DNA of 64,000 bases from Asterias rubens (Eukaryota), in the NCBI RefSeq assembly GCF_902459465.1, contig NC_047078.1, positions 12,772,001 to 12,836,000 on the forward strand. The letters are read 5' to 3'. Position 1 is the stretch's first letter. Every line of letters begins with the position of its first letter. The translations under genes were made by a program, and so were the position numbers. Below the pieces are notes generated by a model. It had not been told where the DNA came from. It saw only the letters and a program-made list of their open reading frames with translations, and searched no databases. Below are positions 39,801 through 51,800 of this stretch, piece by piece.

Positions 39801-42800
39801 TCTGATGTGTTGGATGTGGTTTTAGTTGTGTTAGGAGTAGCTATGATTTGAGGAACTATAACATAAATGGAAATTTATTTTAATTGTTTTGCACTACGCA
39901 TACACAATGGTAAGCTTGTTAGCTCATACATAAAGCGTTATTAACATTGGCTCAAAGAGCCATCTTCTAGTTTGCAATAAACACTTTGGAAGTGTCGTGG
40001 CCGAGCGGTTAAGAGCATCAAATTCAAACTGTGGTGTTTATGATCAGCAGAGTGTGTGTCCTTAAGCAAGACACTTAACCATTGCTTTGTCCTTCGGATG
40101 GGACGTTAAGCCGTTGGTCCCATGCGTTATGCAAAGCATGTCAAAGAACCCAGTGCACTTATTGAAAAGAGAAGGGGTTCGCCCCGATGTTCCTGGTCCG
40201 ATCGGCAGCAAATTGCGCCACAGCACCTTGTAAAGCATTACATGGTGCTATCAGAATTAGGTCTCATAAATCAAAACGTAGTCCCACATCTGGCAGGACA
40301 TACTGTATGTTACAGCGCCAGGAGCGTCACTGGGTGACGGACATGTGCGCTTTATAAGAAGCCACAATTATTATTATTATTATTATTATTATTGAAAAGC
40401 TGCAAAAATATAATAAAATTTGCATAAACAAGGTAACAAAGGAATTGTGCAAAAACTATTGTTAAATGACTGACTGTGATATCCTACAGAACCCTGGCTA
40501 TGCTGGGAGGCAAGAGCTACCTGAGAATTTGAAGATTCAGTTCCGTAGTGTAGCCATGATGGTTCCAGATAGACAGATCATCATGAGAGTCAAGCTAGCT
40601 AGCTGTGGATTCCAGGAAAATGTTCTACTTGCACAGAAGTTTTACACTCTCTATAAACTGTGTGAGGAACAACTTACCAAACAGGCAAGTCATTGTATTA
40701 GTATTTGATGCTGATTTCAAGCCTAGCGGTACACACTTAATACATCATTGGCATATGAAAGTATAAATTCAGTTCAGCCTTAGTTTTCAATTAACACATC
40801 TAATCAACCTGCAAAAATTGTGAATTTTTTTTATAATTGAATAGCTTTTAAAATAAAGCCTATCAATGTGTATGGTTTTGGTTATGTTTTTTGTTTTTTG
40901 TTTTTCTCAATACTAGTATTTTAGTATTTTGCTTTAATTATAAGGATTCAGGATTTTTTTTTGTTTTTTTAAAACTAGAATGGGAGTTTAACATGCCAGC
41001 GCACTACCAACTTAACTATCTAGCCCTATGTTGGCATTTCCTTATTTTGTCACAATCTAAGGGTTAAGAATAAGGATTTTGATAAAAGGATTATTATGTA
41101 GATTTAATTGTTGTAACATAACTGAAGTTATAAACATGTTTACTTGAAGACTTTCAAGGTGTTTATTTGTACTTTTTAGGTTCACTATGACTTTGGTTTA
41201 AGGAACATCCTGTCAGTGCTTCGTACTTTAGGAGCCAATAAGAGAGCCAGACCTGAAGACAGTGAATCAACCATTGTCATGAGAGTGCTCAGAGACATGA
41301 ATCTATCCAAACTGGTCAGTTATAATAATAACAAATAATAATAGTGACAAATTGTTATATTGCGCATTTCACAATAAACCGTATCAATGCGCTTTACATT
41401 AGTCCCCTGGTCATTGGGCCAATAAACATCCCTTTAATCTTTCTCAGCTCCCATTAGGGAGTATACAGCCCCGAACTGCTGTGGTGCTCCGAAGGCTTTT
41501 TCTTTCACAATATCAACCTCTACCCTCGCAGGTACCCATTTATACCCCAGGGTGAAGAGAAGCAATTATAGTAAAGTATCCTGTCAAGGACACGAGTGTC
41601 ACGACCAGGATTCAAACCCACAATCCGGTGACTTAGCGTCACAACTTGAATTCGATGCTCTTAACCACTCAGCCATTGTTACTCTACAGTTATATCTAGC
41701 TAGTTGCATTATTTAAAGATTATCCAATCTAATAATATACTGCATCTTGTCATTCAAACTCAAGGAAGGAATTTATTGTGAGAACATTGAGTTAAAATGA
41801 ACTTATGAAACCAGAGAACATAGAAAATCTCTAACCATACATTTGATATTTGAATGTGCTATTCTTGACTATTCTTTGTTTGTATTGATCCTGTTTAGGT
41901 GGATGAAGATGAGCCTCTATTCCTGAGTCTGATTAGTGATTTATTCCCAGGTATCCAGCTTGATAATGCTACCTATGAGGAACTACAAGTTGCTGTGGCT
42001 GCTCAAGTAGAAGCCTCAGGAGTTATCAATCACCCTGCATGGAATCTTAAAGTAGTCCAGGTACGTCATTTAGGCTTTCTACTTTATAAGTAAAGCATAA
42101 AGCAATCAATGAAATACATTTACAGTGATATTTAATACACAAACCAAGAAGTAGGACAATGAAATGAAGCAACACTTTGATGAAGCCATATCAACTACAA
42201 AGTAATTTATAAAGCAGGATTTTGAACAAGACAAAGCAATATTAAATAGTTAGCGAGCAAAGATCAATAACATTAATTTGTATTTAGCCAAGTGTAATAA
42301 CCGATGTAGGTTTGATTAGAGGCCTCATACAGTCAGCTTACACAGTTACACAAGGTTTAAAGTGTTTAGCGTCCCTTTTGTTTTCTAACCATACCGAGTT
42401 TCCAATCCTACTTCAATCAATCAATCAATCAATCAATCAACATTTATTTCCATACAAACACAATATACAAATACAAACAATAGGATGTTACAAGACTGAA
42501 AACTGTATGGAGGCATGGCCCATTAAAGCAAAGCTTGTAAGCTGGGATGCCTTTTACAAAACAAAGGAAGGTAATAAGATCATTTAAATTATAAAACAAA
42601 GCGTATAGTAATAACAATAACATCAAAACGAGACGGATAAACGAAACGCAAAAAACAAAACACCCAACCAGACAAACAAACACCTCAAACTAACACCTCA
42701 AACTAACACCTCAAACAAACAAACAATACAAATACCACAAGACGGCCACGACGATAGAACTAAACCAAAATAATGACAGAATCACAACTATGTTACATAA

Positions 42801-45800
42801 TGGGAGACAATGTGTTTTTTGAAGGAGGCTTTGAATCGACCAACAGAGGACTGCGAGCGAATTCGCCTATCAATTGAATTCCAGAGGCGGGGCCCATGAT
42901 AGCGAAGAGTGTTCATTGTGTAAGAAGTACGTGCAAAAGGGATATAGAGATTGTTACAGGAGCGTGTGTTATAAAGGTGCGTGTTGCTGACAGAAAGAAA
43001 GTAATTGGAGAAAGTGTGGGGCAGAAGATTTTTTGTGTATTTGAACATGAAAATGGCTGTTTGAAGTTTGTTGATATCCGTGAGTGTGAGTGTGTTCAAG
43101 TTAGCAAACAAGGGCGCGGTATGGTCACGACGATGAGACATAGAAGCGATACGGATAGCCCTTTTTTGGATTAAGAACAGAGAATGAAGTTTGCTAGTGC
43201 TTGAATGAGCCCAAACAATATTACAATAGTTAAGATAGGGAAGAATAAGAGTGTTGTAGAGAGAAAGTAATGTGTGTGTGGGAAGAAAGGAACGAAGCTT
43301 AGACAAAACGCCTGTGTTGCGAGAAACAATTTTCGAAACAGAGGATATGTGATCTTTCCAGGTCAGCTTATCATCAATTAAAACTCCTAAAAACTTTGTC
43401 GAGTGAACCTGTTCGATTGGAGTATCATTAATACTGATGGTGAAGTTGTCGTTAGCGTTGCGAGTCCTGCTGAAAAACATGTATTTAGTCTTGCTCGAAT
43501 TGAGTGACAGCTTATTAGATCTAAACCAAGACGAGGCCAGACTTAGTTCCCTGTTGATGATATTGCTTAAAGAAGATATATTAGAGTGAGAAAAAAGGAT
43601 AGTGGTATCATCAGCAAATAGAATAAAAGACAAGACGGATGAGCAATGATAAAGATCATTTACATACAAAAGGAACAGTAAAGGTCCAAGAATGGAGCCT
43701 TGTGGAACACCGCAGTCAATTGTCTTTAGAGGGGAATCACAGTTTTTGAAAACTGTATATTGTTTCCTGTCAGACAGATAACTAGCGAACCATTGGTTAG
43801 CCACACCACGCACTCCATAGTGATCTAATTTGGAGAGAAGAATGCTATGGTCAATGGTGTCAAAAGCTTTGGAAAGGTCTATAAAGACACCAATAGTAGA
43901 CATTTTCTCAGTGAAAGAGTTGTTAAGATGATCAACAAGTTTAATTAGCGCCATATCTGTCGAGAATTTGCTACGAAAACCAAATTGAAGATCATAAAGA
44001 AGATGAAAGTCAGAAAGGAATTTAAAGAGTCGTTTGTAGACAAGTTTTTCAAGAATTTTAGAGAAACAAGGAAGAACTGAAATAGGGCGGTAGTTCCGCA
44101 AGTCATGGCGATCACCACTTTTAAAGATAGGAGTGACTCTAGCAATTTTTAGCTGAGAAGGCACCGAGCCACACAGAAAGGACAGATTGAAAATATGGGC
44201 AAGAGGCCAAGAGATAAAAGAAATTACAGACTTCACCACAGTTGAACTAATTCCATCAAAGCCACAGCTTACACCATTGTTTAGTTGTTTGCACACCTCA
44301 TTGATTTCAAAGCGATTCGTTGGTACAAGAAAGAAGGAATGGTTGTTTGGGGTTGGGAGGTAATCAGAGAACAATGCCTGTGTAGGTGAGATTTTGCTGG
44401 AAAGTGAAGAGCCAATGTTGGTGAAGTAAGTGTTGAAAGAATTAGCAACATCACAGGGGCTGGAAAAAGTCTGCTGTCCGTCAGTAACTTCCTCTGGGAT
44501 ATCAACTTTTCTATTTTTGCCAAGAATGTCACTGATTTCACGCCAGGTGTTTTTAATGTTGTTTTTATTGGCATCCAATTTGCGAGCATAATGCGTTCTT
44601 TTTGCTACTCGGATAATTGTCGTAAGTCGATTTCTGAAGCATTTGAAGTTATGCTCATTGGTTGTAGATGGATTGCGTAAGAACCGCTTGTAAAGGTTAT
44701 TTTTGTGGTTGATAGAAGTAATAATAGCTTGAGAAATCCAGGGCTGTTTTTGTTTAACTTTGACTGCAGATTTCGTAACAAGAGGAAAGTGGTGATTGTA
44801 GAGATCTGTAAAAGTAGAAAGAAAGTAATTGTAGGCAAGATCCACATCAGACGAGTGGAAAACACCAGTCCAATCAGTACATTCAAGGTCTGACCGAAAC
44901 GCATTTAGCGTGAAGCTATTTATTGGCCTAGTAGTGTATGTTTTATCAGGTGACTGCTTTTGATGAAAACAAAAAGGAGTAGTTTGAAAAAGAGGAAGAT
45001 GGTCAGAGATATCGGTATAAAGGATACCGGCAGATATTTGATGTGTATCATTGTTGGTAAGAATATTATCAATTAGCGTGGCTGTGCGAGAGGTAATGCG
45101 AGTAGGCTTGTTTATCAGTGGGCAGAAACCATAAGCAGAAATCATATTTACAAAGTCCTCTGTTGGCTGATGAATGGAACAATTGATAAGATTCAGGTTA
45201 AAATCTCCCATTATATAACACAGCTTTTTCTCATTGGTAATTACACTGAGACAATAATCAAGAGATGTCTGAAAAGTATCAAAGGAAGTACCAGGTGCCC
45301 TATAAATATTACCAACAATAATGTTACATGAGTCACTCCTGGCAATTTCAATAAAAACACATTCCAAATCATCACAGGTTAACATGAGATCATCTCGAGT
45401 ATGGTAAGCCAATGAGTCACTGATAAACATGGCCGCACCTCCTCCAATCTTATTGGACCGAGAAGAATGAAGAAGCTGATAGTTCTTCATTTGAATGTAT
45501 GGAGGAGGAGCGTCTTTGAACCATGTTTCAGTAAACCCGTAAATAGAGAAAGAATGAGTGAGAGAGCAAAGATAATCTTGAATATCATGAAAGTGTTTAC
45601 AAAGACTCCTAGCATTCATATAATAGATAGAAAAGTGACCTGTGGAATTTGTCATTAAATTATTAAAGTCATTACTTTCAAAATAAGAACAACTATTGGT
45701 GGATGAAGTGTCGTCGAGGCTAAACAAATTTGAAACATTACAATCATGGAACATACAGAAAAGCACACAAATGAACTGGTGATTAAAAAATGTTGAAAGA

Positions 45801-48800
45801 AAACAAAATCGTAATACTTAATTACTTGATTTAAGCATCAACAACAACAAAACAAACAATACACTTCAAAGGAAATCAAAACGGAATGGCAAAACTCATT
45901 ATTAATTGCGTGAAAAGAACTGACGGTGGAAGTCATAGCTCAAAAGCTAAAGTTCGAACGAAATCTGACTGAAAATCAGAAAATATTGAACAAGGCTCAT
46001 ATAAATGTTGAAATAATGAGAGACAAGCAAAATCAAACATCAGCCATCTTATGAAATGAAATTGTTTAGTTCACTCAATGAAGAGACAGAGACTTTCTTG
46101 TTGTTCTCCAAGAGCAGGATGATCCTCCCATCCTTTGTCCATGCTGCCTCTACCGATGGACTGGCCTTGGCAGCTTGAAGGAGCTCACTTCGTCTTCTGG
46201 TCAAGTTCTCTGTTATCAGAAGACCGGACCCCTTGAGATGGCGCTTATTCATGAAGACAAGTGACCTGGTGCGGTAGCTGACGAATTTGATGATGATAGG
46301 CCGTGGCTTGTGGTGACTGTTTGAGGCACCTGGTGGGTGTTTCCTTGGTTGACCGATACGATGGGAACGGTCAATGTCATCCTGTTTGATGTTTAAGTTT
46401 AGCTTATCATCGATGGTCTGTATGATGAGCTTGTCAGTAACCTCGGTGGTGGATTCTCTAATGCCATGTAATAAAAGGCAGTTACGACGGCTGTACTGCT
46501 CCATGATGTCAAGATCATCCGTCAGTTTACGGTTGAGTTTGGAGATTTCTTGGTACTGGCGATCAAGTTTGGTGATATCTTTACGTTGGCTCTCTGTATC
46601 CATAGAGGTGGCTTCATAAACCTCCTGAGCAATGGCATCGTGTACAGATGATGAAATGGATGCCAAAAAAGTCTTGTTTGCTACCAGATTATTGGCCAAA
46701 TTGCTGATCAACTTGCTGCAGCTTGTACTGATAATTTTGTCCGCAACCATGGTGGCAATTGGCTCAATAATGGACTGCAAAAATGAAGGATCATTGACGA
46801 TCACCGAAGAAATATGGTCCCTCAGTTCTTGAGCATTTTGGAGCGGGTTGGTGTTGTCATGAATAGGCGTCATTGGCAACGAGTCCATCGGGATAGACGG
46901 GGCAGGTCTTATTGTTGCACTTACGTCTTTCTTTTGTTTTGTTGCGTCACTGGAATGCGATGCCTTTGTGTTCTGCTGGTCAAGACATGGCGATCGTCCA
47001 CTAGCTTCTGGATCTGTAGGTTCACTTTCAACTGACACAGTTTTTGATGGATTTCTGTGTCTTTTGGGTCTCATGTTGCAAGCCAAAGTGTCCTGGTGTG
47101 ACGTTGGTAAGCAGATCTAACAGCTGGTAGCTTCAAAACAAAAGAATCCCGCTCCAAATATGAAAATTTAATGAGATTCTCGAGAGCTCGATAAGTGTGC
47201 TACATCAAGTCAGCCATAGCGGTGTTATCTTTTCGGTGTTTTCTTTTTACTTCAGTTTTATATTGTGAATGTTGAGTTGAGATCCTAGACTGGGCCCAAT
47301 TTCATAGAGCTGCTTAAGCACAAAAATTAGCTTAGCATGAAATTTCTTCCTTGAAAAAAACCCAGGATTACCAACTAAATTTCCATTTCTTGCGTATCGC
47401 TTATTACTGCTGTTCAGCTATTGTTTGCTTATCCTGAAAATCATGTGGAAATTTGTTCGGTAATCCTGTTTTTATCAAGGCAACAATTTCATGCTAAGCA
47501 TATTTTTGTGCATAGCAGCTCTATGAAATTGGGCCCTGATGTGACTTCACCATTTATTTGTGTGTAGTTGTATGAGACTCAACGTGTACGTCATGGCATG
47601 ATGACATTAGGACCTAGTGGTGCAGGTAAGAGTATCTGTATCCATGTCTTAATGAAAGCAATGGGAGATTGTGGAGCACCCCATAAGGAGATGAGAATGA
47701 ATCCAAAGGCAATTACTGCACCTCAGATGTTTGGTCGATTGGATGTCTCCACTAATGATTGGACTGATGGTATCTTCTCTACACTATGGAGAAAGACACT
47801 CAAAGCAAAGAAAGGTTTGTACATCTCTTATGCTCCAAAGGGAAAACAACATCAAAATGTACTTACAAAAGTGCGTAAATAAATGACACCGTATAGATGG
47901 ACAATAAAAAGTCAAGCTAACATTACTGTGATAAGATCGCCAGGGTTCTATTGCAAAGGCAAGGCTTAACGCCCTGTTGGATTTTATGGTGATCAGACGA
48001 GTAAGTGTCAAGTTTAGATATTCAATAGTAGTATCTTTGTCTACGCACCCGGTATTCCCAAGAGGTCCCCTGTCCAAGTTCTGAGTGGGCCCGTCACTGC
48101 TTAAATAAAAGAAAACATGCTAATATCAATGGTCCATTCATCGTCACTATTGATTTATACCTACTATTACTATTATTATTTTTATTATGTGTCAGGTTCT
48201 ATCTTTGCTATTTGCCAAGTGTGCACGCTACTATTCAATGCACATGTTTAATGCACATGACGAGGACTTACACCTGGGTAGTTTGGGCGTTAGTCTACTT
48301 CTCATTCGCATTTACCGAATGCGTGAGCGATAGTCTACTTCTCATTCGCATTTACCGAATGCGTGAGCGATAGTCTACTTCTCATTCACATTTACTGAAT
48401 GCGTGAGCGATAGTCTACTTCTCATTCACATTTACTGAATGCGTGAGCGATAGTCTACTTCTCATTCACATTTACTGAATGCGTGAGCGATAGTCTACTT
48501 CTCATTCACATTTACTGAATGCGTGAGCGATAGTCTACTTCTCATTCACATTTACTGAATGCGTGAGCGATAGTCTACTTCTCATTCACATTTACTGAAT
48601 GCGTGAGCGATAGTCTACTTCTCATTCACATTTACTGAATGCGTGAGCGATAGTCTACTTCTCATTCACATTTACCGAATGCGTGAGCGATAGTCTACTT
48701 CTCATTCACATTTACCGAATGCGTGAGCGATAGTCTACTTCTCATTCACATTTACTGAATGCGTGAGCGATAGTCTACTTCTCATTCACATTTACTGAAT

Positions 48801-51800
48801 GCGTGAGCGATAGTCTACTTCTCATTCACATTTACTGAATGCGTGAGCGATAGTCTACTTCTCATTCACATTTACCGAATGCGTGAGCGATAGTCTACTT
48901 CTCATTCACATTTACTGAATGCGTGAGCGATAGTCTACTTCTCATTCACATTTACTGAATGCGTGAGCGATAGTCTACTTCTCATTCACATTTACTGAAT
49001 GCGTGAGCGATAGTCTACTTCTCATTCACATTTACTGAATGCGTGAGCGATAGTCTACTTCTCATTCACATTTACTGAATGCGTGAGCGATAGTCTACTT
49101 CTCATTCACATTTACTGAATGCGTGAGCGATAGTCTACTTCTCATTCGCATTTACTGAATGCGTGAGCGATAGTCTACTTCTCATTCACATTTACTGAAT
49201 GCGTGAGCGATAGTCTACTTCTCATTCACATTTACTGAATGCGTGAGCGATAGTCTACTTCTCATTCGCATTTACTGAATGCGTGAGCGATAGTCTACTT
49301 CTCATTCACATTTACTGAATGCGTGAGCGATAGTCTACTTCTCATTCACATTTACTGAATGCGTGAGCGATAGTCTACTTCTCATTCGCATTTACTGAAT
49401 GCGTGAGCGATAGTCTACTTCTCATTCACATTTACTGAATGCGTGATCGATAGTCTACTTGTCATGCACTTTTGGATTGTGGAACTATTCCCCGGGTGTT
49501 GTACAGGAACAACGCTCTAGCGACATCCAACACATAACAAACTTATCATGGTGCAATTTATTTCACAGTTGTGTTTCCCCTTGCTCCAAATAGTATTGAA
49601 TATGTATGAAGAATATTAAAACAAATATAACATGGTTTATTTTAGTAAATAGTCGATTCAAGCTCCCCGAGGTATTGGAAGTTTACAAACTAGTTCCCGA
49701 GGGCGAAGCTGAAGGAACTAGCTGAGTTTGTCCATTTTCAATACCGAGGGTAGCTCATATCGACTGTTCACTCAAAATAAACCATGTTCTATTTGTATAT
49801 TACTTGCTGGTTTGTATAATAACTTGCTATTTGACATGTAGGTGAGCATATCTGGATTGTACTGGATGGACCCGTGGATGCTATCTGGATTGAGAATCTG
49901 AACAGTGTATTGGATGACAACAGGACATTGACTCTAGCTAATGGTGATCGTATACCAATGTCACCCAACTGCAAGATTGTCTTTGAAGTTCATAACATTG
50001 ATAATGCATCACCAGCCACAGTATCTAGGAATGGTATGGTGTATATGAGTAGCTCAGCACTAGACTGGAGACCAATCTTAGAGGTCAGTTGATTTATCAA
50101 GACTCATTTCAATTTCATTAACAACAGTCATCATTTATATAGTGAAATATTTGCCTTCAAGATTAAGGAACTTCACAAATTAACAATGTAAATCAAGGGC
50201 ACCAAGATATTCAAAAATTATACCAGAAACGTTGAAACTTTGAACAGCAAAAGATTCTTTAAAATGTAGATTGATAATGTAGATGAACGTATTAGTTTGT
50301 TTCAAAAGCAATATCGTCAAGAAGTGACATGTTGTTGTTCTAAGATATTTGTAAGTATGTTTCAAGAAATGTTATTCAAATATTACAAACAGAATGATAT
50401 ACCTGTAACCAGAGGTTTATTTTACACCCCTCAATAATATCATTGCCTATTGGTTCTATTGTTCTAGATAGTTTTATGTAATGAATAATCTTATTGTCCA
50501 TTCCCAGGGTTGGCTACGAACTCAATCACCAGCTGAAGCTTCAATACTAAGAGATCTTTATGCCAAGATATTTGATGATTTATATCGCTTTGTATCACTC
50601 AATCTCAGCACTAAGATGGACATACTAGAATGTAACTACATTAGACAGGTAGGTTAAATATCACGATGCTGACAATAACTCGTTTGTTCCTTGCCACATT
50701 TATTATTTATAAGTCGATGTAATCATTCTTTTGCAAATGTCCTAAACTTAGTTTTATTTTGACTTCATTTAAGTTGGGAAGTTGTCACTTTGGGTTTACC
50801 GTGTGTCTCAAAAAAAACTATACCCTTTTGAAATGGCTGCCAAATAAAAAATATATGATTCTGGGGGAAAAGGTTTAGATGTATGGATAGCTTATGGATT
50901 CAACTTTCATATGACACCAAAGAGTTCTTAAATAATTCATGCTTGGGTGAGCAGTGCTCACTGAAGAATAAGTTGATGTTTGGCCACCAGGGAGGTTAAT
51001 TTACAATATTTATAACAATAGAGATTACATGGTAACATATTTTCTGGTTTATTTGAATTTTTCAATCTGAAAATCCCAATGTTCATCAAAACCCCTTTCA
51101 CAGTACACACATTCTTTAAAAGTTCTTTTTTCACTCGTACTCCAAAAAAAAAAACATTTGAAAAAGCCAATGTCTTGGAAATGGTGCTTATAGAATAGTG
51201 CTAGGCAAGATAACCATGGGCTAGCATACGGAGTGGCAATTTTTACTTAAGAAAATCACATCAAGTGTAAAATGAAAATGGAGTGGCAGTGGGGCTAGAC
51301 TTCCTTGGAAAGTGTCATATCATTGGAATTGGATTGTTAGTGTGAAAAGGGCCAAGTGGTTAAAGGAACATTGCAGAATTGGTTTGTGCTAACAAAACAG
51401 TTGCTGGCAGTGTAAGCACTTTATGTAATCCACCATATACATAAACTGACAAACATGTAGAAAAGTTTGTGATCGATCGGCCATCTGGGTCATGAGAGAA
51501 TAGTGAAAAACCGATTACAAATTTTGCATTGCATCGATGCCAAAATAAAAATGAATTAAACGCTCATCACTGAGCGATAAACTCCAAACGCAAAGTTAGA
51601 TTATTTATTTCTCATCAAATATGACATTTCAGACAGAAATATTTCATGGGATGTTTTCTACTATCATCATCATCAGACCGTGTAAGTTTTATGTAAATCT
51701 GTGATCTTCACGATTTTTGTTTGTTACCAATTCTGTAACGTTCCTTTAACATTATATTTTTATAAGGCTATTTTTATTTCCATATACAGTCAGTAGATCT

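Larger units (their letters stand above)
42413..47205 (-). mobile_element. Apparently intact two-ORF non-LTR retrotransposon, L2/CR1 group (Crack/Daphne-like)
   Basis: ORF1 and ORF2 both uninterrupted; about 280-nt spacer; 3' UTR with AATAAA (42443-42448, minus) followed by a (TTGA)7 tail at 42413-42440. No TSD found, as is usual for this group. The 5' boundary is approximate. Confidence 0.9.

Noticed and set aside
42896-47035. Plus-strand and alternate-frame ORFs over the LINE (also over the GPCR and the RTE)
   Set aside because: Shadow ORFs of real coding sequence on the other strand or frame, with no motifs.
48291-49460. CRISPR-like appearance of the tandem arrays (also 9374, 16965, 59349)
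   Set aside because: Units are contiguous with no unique spacers, there are no cas genes, and the context is eukaryotic introns.
50797-51180. Complete Tc1/mariner MITE
   Set aside because: Only a left TA-CCGTGTGTCTCAAAAAAA-type end was seen; no matching right TIR found.
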